From positions 35,030,001-35,094,000 of the forward strand of contig CM022665.1 of assembly GCA_012295275.1 (NCBI GenBank): a stretch of 64,000 bases of DNA, written 5' to 3'. The notes below the pieces were generated by a model. The model ran no database searches. It was not told where the DNA came from and was given only the letters and a program-made list of their open reading frames with translations. The stretch comes from Chrysomallon squamiferum (lineage: Eukaryota > Animalia > Mollusca). The translations under genes were made by a program, and so were the position numbers. Numbering within the stretch: position 1 is the stretch's first letter; each line of letters opens with the position of its first letter. Positions 1 through 12,700 of this stretch are shown piece by piece.

Positions 1-820
1 ATGCCATTTAGCATCTTTTCAGATCCTTCAGGCATTCCTTCAGACATGTCAGGTGGGTTTTAACTCCAAAGATGAGTTTTTAGTCTCAGACAAAATGTAC
101 ATTGTAATGCATTGTATCAATCATCCATGCAGGTATGCATTTTTTTTAAATCTCTATTATGGCTGAACAAAAAATATTATACCCAGGAAACTTTTATATG
201 TGAACTTTATGCATACATGTAGGCCTACAATGTCTTACTTGATGATCAAGAGAGATGGTGATTCCTAGCATCCAGAATTGATCGTTCAGGTTTTAGTTAA
301 TCAGATGTTAATGGCTGAAAAGGTGTTATTTTCATGTATGTGCATTTTTTAAATCTATATTGTGGCTAAACAAAAAATATTACACCCAGGAAACTTTTAT
401 ATGTTTTAGTTAACATGTGGGAGATTAAATTTCAATAAAGGTCATCTCAAGATCACGTGATCCACACGGTCAATTTCAAGGTCATAGCAAAGGTCAAAAG
501 GTCAAGGTACTCCAATATTTTCCAAACTAAACAAAAATGGCAGATTTGGTATCCTTGTCATTTTGCCTTTCTAACAATACCAATTTTATGAAGATTGGCC
601 CAGTAGTTCCTGAGATATGAGGGTTCTAAGGTTGGTGGTCACACCCATTTTTGGCAAAAATCTCAAAATTCGGTGGGCCATATCTCCCACACCACTGGTC
701 TGATTGGGCTAACATTTCAGATTTGGTGCTGTGGGATCCCAGTCAACAAGTATACCAAGTTTCATAAAAATCTGAGACGGTCGGGTTTAAACCATTGGGT
801 GATTTGACACGGAATGACCC
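1..820. mobile_element. Probable terminal part of a DNA transposon (superfamily not assigned)
   Basis: GC-richer block ending sharply at 820; on the - strand it begins GGGTCATTCCGTGTCAAATCACCC, which looks like a TIR end. A diverged ~70-bp direct repeat lies at ~135-200 and ~340-403. No matching second end is visible in the window. Confidence 0.4.
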
Positions 821-1481
821 GTTAGTAATATTTGGCTTAACCTGTCATTAAGACAATTTATATGTAAACTATATTTATCTGTTATATTTTCATAGGAGCT
901 AGATGATTAAAGAGAAACTAATGTGAAAAAAAGAATACAAAATTATTGCATGAAAATTTATCAGTGTGTTTCCCATATACAAAGTCCTCTGTTTTAATTG
1001 TAGTGTCTGTATCATAAGCATTGTTATAGTAATTGTAAACCTTTTAAAACATATAGCACCCAGTTTTTCTTATGTAACTTATAAGCTATTCATACAGTAG
1101 ATTTTTGTAATTTTTATATAAGCTCAGATTTGTTAATTCTGTATAATCATAAATATATGAACAGTTTATTTTTACATTTATTAGTAATTCAGAAGTTTCT
1201 ATAAAACAAATTTCTGATAACATGTATTATGAAATTCATGTAAAGTAGGTAAAATGTATTAATACTGAATATACTGGTAGGCCTATTTGTAATTTATTAA
1301 ACACTTTTAACATATTCCTGTTAGCTGTTGTGAAAATCATTTGAAAACTGAGTAGCTCATAATTTAGAAGATTCATTGGCAACATTTCACAGATATTTAC
1401 TAAGTGTTTTGATAATAACTGCACTGGTATTGCAATTTTGCGTGTGTGTGTGTGTGTGTGTGTATGCAACACACATATATA

Positions 1482-2776
1482 CAGTGGATTCTGTGAAAAC
1501 TGGCCTTTGACTAGTCTGGATTTCAGTATAAACTGACACCATTTCAAAGTCCCATCCAGTTATCATTAATCTGTTATGAACAACATTTTGTCTAATACAG
1601 ATTCTGTCTATTTTGGATTCCGGGTGTAAATTCCAGAACAAACAAGCAATTTATATAATAATTAGCATTATCAACAATGGCACACAATTCTGCAAGTGTG
1701 ATTACTTCTTAAACAATGATGGCAATTGCCAGAATTGACACATAATTATACTACTGTGTGAGATGAAATGATTGTGCATCTTTGAAGGCTTAATAAATAA
1801 TGATGTCATGCTTCTTGTATACATGATTATTATTAGTGTGTGCTGATACCTAAGTGAATTCACTTGTTTAGATAATGGCAAAAGCTACTTGCCTGAAGGG
1901 ATGCTAAATAGCCTGAAGAGCAGATCAGTAACTGGTGGCAAATGTTGAGAGTTCGAGTGCTACAGACAACAAGTCCTGCCAGGAGGGTTGGAGGCATACT
2001 TTTCCAAGAAATTTTGGAAAAATATGGTATATTCTTATGCATTTTGGAGATAAAAATACAAATTTGAAAGTAATGAATATCCCTGGACAAGTTTTGATGG
2101 TGGGTTTATCAAAGAATTAAGTTTATCATCATTTTAACAATTATAAGACTTCAGCAGTAAATATCGGTACTAATTTTCCTTGTACAACCAACACAACCAG
2201 CAATCATTGAATAAAAGTTTGTTTCCTAATTATCATATATATTCTCACCCTGGTGTGAAAATACTGAGAAAAGTTATTTGTTTGTAAATGTTTTATTATC
2301 CAAGTCTGATAATTACACCCTAATTCTATAACTTAAAGCATGGGGAACAATTTTTTTTTCACATCAGCAGTTGTGCAATACCAACATTTTGGCAAAGAGA
2401 AAATGTGTAACAACCAACAAATTCAAAAATTGGAATGGATTGACAATACACACAAACTTTCGTACACTGACATTTTTAAAATGATATAACAAAATAAATC
2501 TTTTGATGCTACTACCAAAAGCAGATATTTGCAACCAATGTTAAACATGGAGGTCATGACAGAGGAGTTTGCTTTGAAAAGAAATATGAAGAAAGAAAAA
2601 ACATTCATCAATGAGAAATTATTTCTCAGCTGACACTTGATAGACAATTAACTGTAACATTTGTAATAAAACATAATCCAGTTTAATGTCGTTTTAATCT
2701 TTATAAACCAGCACTCTGTCTAAAATAGTGTATCTTGTTGGTCCCAAGTGAATCTGGTTTTGACAAGAGTCCACTG
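1482..2776. mobile_element. Degenerate Tc1/mariner-pogo-type non-autonomous element
   Basis: Left end TA|CAGTGGATTCTGTGAAAACTGG; right end reverse-complements to CAGTGGACTCTTGTCAAAACCAG. The right-hand TA TSD has decayed to TT. Confidence 0.5.
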
Positions 2777-2925
2777 TTTGTGTGTGTGTGTGTTAATGTA
2801 AGTAATGAATGTTTGTTATATATATATATCTGCCTTTTTTCTTTTTTCTTTTTCTTATATATTATGTTTGTATTAAATAATTATTAATGAATATGTACAT
2901 GTTGTATCTTGTTTTGTTAATGCAG

Positions 2926-5120
2926 CTGAGCTTGATGCTGAATTAGAAAGAGGTAAATTGCATGGATAACATTCTGTGTTTAGCTCACCCTTTTGGAAAT
3001 TGTTGGTGGGCTTCTAATTTGTAATGCTTTTCAGTCAGTCACTTAGGCTTTTACACCTAGGTTGTTTTGGGTGGGTTTTTTTTTTTTTTTTTTATTATTA
3101 TAATTATTATTTATAAATTCAGCCACAACTTTGGCATGGATAGCTTATCTGCAGCATTGAAATTTTTGAAAATTAAAGAGGTCCATATTAATTTTGTATT
3201 CAGAGGACTTGAAAGAAAGGCTAAATTTAGATTCCATATTAGCTGTTGGGAAATGTATCTTTAATCATGATGTCATTTGTCATTTTATACACTGAAATGT
3301 ACAAAAATCTTGTTAGACTGAGTTTACATAAACTCAGCAATTATTTATTCAGTTTGGGTTTTTGTGTTTTTATTTTACATTTTGATATATGTAATGATGT
3401 CATGATAAAAGAGAAAATGTCAACCTTGTTATTTTATTGTCATAACTATGAAGTATACAAAATACATAACCATCAAAGATAAACTTTATTAAAATAATAA
3501 TCATCCCAGCACTTGGATAAAACAAAGGAAAAGCATTAGGCATCTGTCTTGAAGTCAAGGTTTTTAAAGCAAGGCTGAAAGATCCATTCCTGACATGTGA
3601 TCACTTTACATTTATTAAAACTGTAAACCACCACTTTTTTGATGATAAACAGTACATTCAGCATGTTAATTTATCACTTCAAAAAATAGAAAATAAAAAA
3701 TAAAAAATCATTTTCCTGCCTTGACTTTAAGTATTTTCAGAAGTAAACAGAAATGGCCACTTAGTTTTTGATTACGGTAAGATTTCAAGATTTTAATAAT
3801 GCACCATCATTAAGTAGCAGTGCTGTGAAATTAACAAATAATCACTGGTTACAACCTCTATAAAATAATAACAAAATTTATTTCTCTTTATTTAAAACAT
3901 TAAAAAAAATAGCTCTAAGTTATTAATTATAAATTGATGTAATTGCACATCACACTTTTTATTTATAAATGTATTACTGCTATGCAGTACAGATATTGTG
4001 TAATATTTTTGTAAAATTAATAGTAGTAAATATTTCAAAACATACTAATAATGTAGTGGTGAAAAATATTGACAGAACAGCTGTTGCCAATGAATTAGAG
4101 ACATCTTAAATTAATGATGATGGCATTGAACTGCTCTCACTGTTAGTGTTACAAAAATCTGCAACACATGTTTGTGTATTACAATAACAATTCTATTGAT
4201 TGGAAGTAAATCTGCGTGTTTATACAGACAGTCAAAAATGTGTACTATGCAACATGATTCACTTTTATTGGCATATCTAACATATCTGACAAATGAAATT
4301 TTAACTGTGGAAAGGTTTCTGAATTAAAAATGTTTATGTATGAATCAAATCATGATGTTATTTTGTATACTATATTGTATATTGTTAACTCACAGCTAAC
4401 GGGGGATGATGGGTTAAATTATTTTGGTTTTTTGATTTGTTTGTGCATTGTTTAAAGGGGCTGGACATCATTTTTTTTTCTTCTAATTACCAGATTTAAC
4501 AGCTTAGTCAAGCTCTTCTAACATTTTTGTTTTCAGTAAAAAAAAAAAAAAAATTCTCTGTTAACATTCTTTAACTAATAAATTTTATTCTTCAACTTAG
4601 AATATATAGAAATTTTAAGAATTTTTTTACTTTTATTATTTTAAAAAATAACAAAAGGAGAAAAAATTCCGGTTTGGTAAATAATCCATTAACAGAATCC
4701 AATACCTTTATTCTGTGATAATGATTAATACATATATTTTTAAACTTATTGTTATTTCTTAAATCTCTTTGTGTGTTTTTGTTTTCTGTGGGGGTTGTAG
4801 CCATGTGTGTTATATATTCTGTCTTGTAAAGTCATATTCATCTTGGTATGCAGCACCAGTGCATGACCATGCATTTTGACAAGCACAATCTAAAAACAGT
4901 AATTAGTCTGAAAGTACAAATGATATTTGTAAAAAAAAATGTGGTTGTTGTCAGACTGATGTATCCTTTTTAAGTTATCATTCCTTGTTTACCTTTATTT
5001 GTTGTCATCTGTGAATATTATATCTTTTGAAGCTAATTTGAATGATCAAAATTTATAAGAAAAAAAAAACAATTGCTGAGAATTAGATCTTTAATTTGAT
5101 AATCTTTAAAAAATAGATTT

Positions 5121-5153
<33 letters not shown>

Positions 5154-5973
5154 ACTTCTTTAATGCATATTTGTTTCTTTTTCAACCTATATAAGATCTT
5201 ATTATAACAGTACAATGGTATGCAGATAATCATTTCAATTATTAAAGAGACGACATATTTATCAGCATGAAAAAACAAGAAGCCCATTTTAGATTTGTTC
5301 TGAATGCATACTGTTAAATTTTTCTTTTTTCTTTTTTACTTACATCAGCTGTATATCACTTATAAAACACATAATAAAAACAAAACATTTCAAGTACTCT
5401 CAAATATTGTGTGCATGTCTATATTTAACATAGTTCATGTTTTGTAATATGTGCATTTAGAAAATTAAAACTTTGAAAAAAAGGAAGAAACTAATTTCTA
5501 GGTATTTAAAAATCACAGGTTTAAAATAGTTAGATATATATGCTAGATGTTTTATTTTGTTTTTAAATATTGATAATTAGAAAATAGTTTTCACTTTATA
5601 AAGTACAAAATGTATGTAGTTCACATTTTGACCAATTTTTTTTTTTTTTTTTATTGCTTGTTGTTCTTATGTACATATTTTTTATTCAACACAAATAACA
5701 TGAACATTTTTACATTTTTTATTGGTTGAGAGGAAGTAAATCTTTAGCTAAGCAGGAAACATTCTTGGCACAACATAGATGGTACAAAATATTTTAGTCA
5801 CAATGGTTTTCAACATTTTATTTTTAAGTTAAAATGAATTTAAACCATAGGTTTTTGTTGGTGCCAGAAAGTATTGTCAACATTAATTATCTTTTGTAAT
5901 TAAGAATAGTGAATTTATTCCTGATTGATAATGTGATGTATGGATTTTTATTACTATTACTGTTACTATTATT

Positions 5974-6004
<31 letters not shown>

Positions 6005-6713
6005 CCAGTTTTGGTTCTTTATATTTTATTTTACTGATTCATTTAACTTAAAATAAATGCATATTATCATGTATTCATAGCATAATGTAAACAGATTTGT
6101 CTTTTATTTGGCAAAAAAAAAGGAAATGGAATGCTTGAAGTATTATTAATATATTATTATCTTTATTATTATTTATTTTTATTTTTTTCCTGGTAAATTC
6201 AGATATATATCCTGCATGATTTTTCTTTCTTAGCATGTTTACTGTTAACAGAAAGAAAAAAATCTACACATATTGTGAATATTCATGATTAATAATTATA
6301 ATGAATTCCATTACTTAATACAAAATTTGTAAAAGATATATATAAATAAAAATAAATAAATATTAATATACACATTAAAATAACTTTAGAATGTATTATT
6401 TTATTAATGAGTGCTTTTTTCTTATGACATTTCTTCCATTTTCTTTAAAAAAATTTGAAAATAGATAATTAAATAATATAATTAATATAAATGTATTGTT
6501 TTATAATTTCTGACCAATCAGTCTAAATTATTTTCAAAAATATTCTTTTTAGTTACATTTGTTAATAATGCATTTTGATTTTGATCATTTTGGAGTATTT
6601 TTAAGCAAACATTTGAATAGTTATATATAGTTGTTTTCTAATATAATAATTCAACTAGTAATACTAATATTTTTTATAAAACACTTTTATCAAACTGAAG
6701 GGATAAAAATTAA

Positions 6714-6748
<35 letters not shown>

Positions 6749-9700
6749 AAAAAAAATTAATATAATTTTGAAATGAACTGTTTGCATTTGATGATTTTCT
6801 GTTTTAATTTGCAGTTTTATTGAAATAAAATAACGCAACAGCAAATTTAAAAAAATATTTTAATTATAATTTTAATTTGAAATTAACCCTTTTTGTGTTT
6901 GAAGAGTTTCTGTTTTAATATGCACAGTTTTACTGAAATTAAGTCATGGACACGAGAAATGTTTTTAAAACAAATTTTTTATTTTTATTTTGAACTATTG
7001 TGTTGGTCTTTCAAGATTTATATGCATTTTTTCACTTGGAATGTTTAATGGGTTTTTTTTTTTTTTTTCTGATAGTTACTTATGAGTAATTTGATAGACA
7101 GTAGTTTTTCCTTTTCTCTGGCACAATTTACCTTTATAAATAAATATGATTTTGTATTTTTTTATTATATTTTTCAAAATTACTTAGAACTTGCAAAAGA
7201 TAGTTTAGAGGGAGGGGCATTTCGAAGTGGAGCTATAACACCTGATGGTTTGATAGATGAAGACTTTGAAAAGGAACTTGGGACACCTCCAGTATGATGT
7301 TTTTACACTTACAACTTTTTTAGAGCATTATTTATAATTTAAAATAATAATAATAAAATATTGATTTACAGAATAATTTTTGGTAATAAAATCTTACAAA
7401 CTGCTTATTACATTGTATATTTTAATTTTTTTTTTAAATTGAATAATATAAGTTATTTAAAACATTTAATGAGGTTTTATTTTATAATTTTTTATGGAGA
7501 TTTTAAATTATTTTTTTAATTAACTTTTTTTTACTGAAATATTTATTTAATCATTTTATTTAAAAAATTGTAATAATGACATGAATTTAAAATTCAGATT
7601 GCTATACTTTTGTTTAAAAGACTTTATTTTAAGGAGACACTTTTAAATGATTTTCATTTTGCAGGAAGAAGAACCAGAAAGTGAATTCAGTGATGTTGAA
7701 AGATATGGAATTATAGAAGTAGCAGGTTAGTTCACAACATTTTTAATTTTTTTTTCTAAACTTAAATTAAATTTATCAAAAATATTTTTTCAAGAAAAAA
7801 GAAGTTAATATTTTAGCTATGAGATAAAGTATTCACAAACTATATTATCTCACTGGATTTGTATCTATAGGCACTTGTTTATATATATTTATTTGTTGTT
7901 CTAGTCATATTATTAATATTTCAAATTGGAATACAACTACAAAAATGATTGAATTCTTATAACAAAATTTATTGTTTTTTTATTTGCTATTTCATCAAGC
8001 TTTTTCCCATTCCAAACTTACTTCTTAGAGTAATCCTAATTCTATATGGACCATATTTTGATTATTCATATAATTTTGATTGAAGTATCATTAAAAATCA
8101 TTAATGTTTTGATAGGTTTTTTTTATTTTTCTTACCATTAAATATATATTCACCAAAAATGCAATTTGTTGGATAAGAAAAAACATTTTGTTTTGTCAAC
8201 AGTGTATAAAATGAATTAAAAAAAAAACACCAGATTTTTAAGATCATGAAAAAATCTGCCTGTATTATGATGACTTTTATACAGAAGGTTCTGAAGAATA
8301 TATTTGAATATTTCTTAATCTGACTTATTAGCAAAAGTCATTTTTAACTGCTTTTGTTATTAAAGACAAAATATTTTGCATTTACTATTGTTGAAATAAA
8401 GTATTATTTCTGTGTTCTTGTTTATAATAATAATATAATTATCATTTTGGTGTATTTTGTTATTTCAGGAGATGATCTGTATGGTAGAAAGGTTATTGTA
8501 CTTTCCAGCTGCAAACTACCATCCAATAAAACACTGGATCATCAGCATTTGCTGAAGTAAGTTCAGCTTTATAAATAAAATATTTTCATCATGTTTTTCA
8601 TTTTTGCAGTTAAATTTATATAATTATTTTTAAGGTAAAAATTTAAAATTTCTAAAAAAAAAAAAACCCAAAACGTCAGCATTTGTAATTTCAATAATCC
8701 TTTATTTTTTTTTATTTTTTTTGGAAATAAATTTTATGTGAATTAAATTTACTATCATTTATTTATTTTACTTATTTTTTAAAAATTTTCCTGGTGATAA
8801 ATTTTATACTGCTGTTGTTAAATGTTTATTATTATTGTAGATATATTAAACACACTCTAGACCAGTATGTGGAAGAAGATTATGTTTTGGTATATTTCCA
8901 TTATGGTTTGACCAGTCGGAACAAGCCAAAATTGTCATGGCTACTTCAGGCCTACAGGGAATTTGACAGAAAGCAAGTTTCAAAAAATATATACATAAAT
9001 GTATTTATTTATTTATCCAGTTATAATTTGTAACAAACTATGAATTTATACTGATAAATCTGAATTGATGAAAATGAAAATGAAACAAAATTATAAATAA
9101 AAATTATAAATATCTTTTTTTTTAAATAATTAACAAATGAATATCAGATTAACATTCCTGATATTCATTTCCAGTTGGACATTACATTAAGAATTTTTCA
9201 TTTAAAAATTTAAAACTTATTTTATTTTTCAGTAATCTTTTTTTCAGAAATCTTGATTACATAATTTTGCATAAATTTATGATTATTTTTTTAAAATTCT
9301 TATTTACAGATACAAAAAGAATCTCAAAGCCTTGTACTTAGTACACCCAACAAATTTCCTCAAGATTTTATGGGGCATCTTTAGGCCTGTACTCAGGTAT
9401 TAGGAATATTTTAATTGTAATTTCACACACATTCTTGTTTCTGTCATTGAGTTTATTTCTTATTTGTTTTAAAATTGACTTAATTGCTTATTTGTTACAC
9501 AACTTCAGTTTTATTTAGACAAGTTTATAACAAAGTTCCATGCTAAGCCTTGTATAACAAAAAGCTTAACCTTGCTTGAATTGTTCCTCAGGTGAAGGGA
9601 ACAAATGACAAAGGAAATAAAAATAAACTCTTGGAAATGTATCAAATATATTTAAGTTATTTGTGTCATCTCAGATTTACTTTAATATCTGATATATTAA

Positions 9701-12700
9701 TGTGCAGTAGAGTTGTAAATCTTTATTTTTCAGTATATTTTATACATTACTGGTTATAAGAAACAATTTATTATTTTATTTATTTTTTTTTTTTTGCTGC
9801 AGTAGTATATAGAAATACATATTTAGAAAGACATTGTTTCAGTCAATTACATGTTGTGGAAGACAAATTATTAAAATCAGTTGTCTAATGAAAAAAGAAA
9901 CATTACAATAAATTTGACTTTATTAAAGACATTTATAAATGGAATATGATTATTGATGTTAAATATTAAAATTCCATGATAAATTTTACCTAGTACAGTT
10001 TTTATATTGTGTTGCTGTGTCTTTGATTTGCATTGAAGACACAATGTATTGGATGGATCTCTGTATTTGCAGCTGGTACATTGTGGATAGTTTTTCAGAG
10101 AGGTAGTTAGAATATTTTAGGTGCTCTGGGCTTTTGCATGATGTTTTTAGATTTCTTAGGTTTTATTTCTGTTTTTTGTGCTGTGGTATTATAGAGTGTT
10201 TTTGTTTTTTTAAATGTGTGCTTTTGGGCAGAGTTACTGTATTGTTAAAACAAGTCTAAGTAATTTACTTACCACTGAAACCATTCTGTACTTATTAAAG
10301 TTATTCTGTAAAGAAAAAAAATTATGGGTGTAAAATAATGATGCTAAATAGAAGTCAGGTCTTGAAGCTTTTATCAGATTCCAGTGAAGTATTAGCAACC
10401 ATATTCTGTTTTAATCCAGGTTGTTAATCACAGAATTCATACTAATCATTTTTTGTCTTACTTGATGTCTGAAACATCATCTAATATCACAGTAAAATTT
10501 ATCAATTCATTGCACATAACATGAAATTGTTGTTTTTCACAAATTATTTACTTCTTTTTCCTCCAAGAATTAAATATTTTTAAAAAGACTTAGAAGTTAT
10601 TTTCTAACTGTTCTTTGTTGATGAATGTGTGTGTTTCTAGTGTAAGTATGTATGTGTGGGTGTGTGTGTGTTTCTGTGTAAATATACCTTCATAATCAGT
10701 CAGTTAATTCTTACTTTATTTATGCATATCAACCAGAATTACAACTTGTTGCCTTGTATACAATGTATACTTCATTCCCACTTCACAAGTCTAACAGGGT
10801 GCTGTAAAAGAAAATAAACACAGTTTATGTAACAATCAGGTTTCTTTGTTAACTAAAGGTTCTCTAACTTACTGTTAGGAGCTTACATTTCAGTTTTGAA
10901 CAGCTTTTTTCTGAATATACAAATATTTGTGAGCACAAAATAATAGTGAATTTAGAGAGGCTGTTTGAAATATTAAAGTTTCATAATACATAAGCAGTTA
11001 AACTACAACATTACTTTAAATGTATAACAGACTTAGTATGATGAATGAAGTGATATATTTCATGGCCACATTTTTGACCACTTGAACATTTAGGCACAGA
11101 AAAATGTTTCTTAGTTTAATGTCAACTTTGTTTAATATTTGTTACAAATTGTCACTTGCAATAAGTTGTGACTGATTATTTTCCAGTTTATATTTTACCT
11201 TTTTGATATAGATACTTTTAGAAAACAACTTTACCAATTTCAGCCAGGTATTCAGTCTTTAATTATAATTCTGAGCTCTGTTTATTTTATTATTTTCAGT
11301 GCCAAGTTTGGTCGCAAGATGATGCACATTGATTATTTGATGGAACTGAAGCAACACTTACATTTTGATCAACTTTCCATCCCCCAACCTGTACTTGAGT
11401 AAGTCATTCTAATTTTAGATATACAACGTATACTTTTAGAGGAATAAAAATAACAATTTTAATGGTTCTGTGATATTAAATAAATAAATATGGTTATGCT
11501 CTTGTAAAGTAGATAATCAATTCACTTAATGGTGTATGTTGAGAAGAAAAGAAGATGGTCTTGATGATATCTTGTTTTCAAACTATGACAACTGTATATA
11601 TTGAATGAATCATCTCAATAAATTAGTTTAAAAAAGTGGCTTTTACATATTAGACAACAATAAATATATGAATCTTTTCTTGATACATGTACTTTAAATA
11701 TGTATAAACGTATATGTCATGTAATAATGAATTAGATTTCTCTAATTTTGTGATAGAAATTTTTGAGATATTTTTCAGATATGATGCACAGAAAGTGGCA
11801 GCAAGAAAACCTGCATATCCATATAATTCTGCTTCTATGCAGTCAGAAGGACCTCTGGAGACACAGCAGTTTGGTGTAACTCTGCAATAGTTAGTATAGT
11901 TTTGTTTTTATTATCACTTCCCCTTAAAGCAGTGATTCTCAACCGCTGTGTCGCGACACACATAAATCTTGGTTTCATGTTCTACTAATATGCCTTGGAA
12001 GAAGGAACTTCCTTTCTCCAATGAATATGCACACATTCAAAGTCCACCGATCAGTGGTGGCCTCCAACCTTTGCACCTTTCGCTCACGGTCAATCAGTTG
12101 CCCATGAGACGTCAGTGTGATAGGTTGTGTGTGTGGTGTTGTTCCACACTGGTCATCTGTGCGCATGCGTAATGCCGATTGCCGAATTAACTTCGCTGTG
12201 TTTTAAATTATTGTCATTCTTAAACACTTATTAGTAAAGAGATGTAGCTAACTAGGTGTATTTAGTTAAGAAATTATGCTATTTAGAACAGACTTTGCAA
12301 ATATTTAACGGAAATATTTGGTCAACTTAATATTGTGAACAGTAGTATGCAAGGTCGAAACGAAAATATTCTAACTTCGACAGATAAGTTGGTTGCCCTT
12401 GAAAAGAAAATTGTTATTTGGAAAAACAGAGCAAAGTTGGGTGAGTTTGATATGTTTCCTACAATGTGTACTAACTGCACTAAAGAAATGATCCCTATCG
12501 TGGTTGAGCATCTGACAGCGCTCGAAGAAAACATCGACCACTATTTTCCGTCGCTGAACACTGAAAAGTACGACTGGGTTCGTAATCCTTTTGTAGATGT
12601 TCCTTCTAATATTGGGTTTAAATTATGCGAAGAAGAAGAACTGGCTACCATTTCAAGTGCCGCAGTCTTAAAATGAAGCATTCTGAGGTAGATATCGACA

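Noticed and set aside
4390-4420. Possible second ARHGAP microexon after CACAG
   Set aside because: The phase-1 frame hits TGA and the donor is poor.
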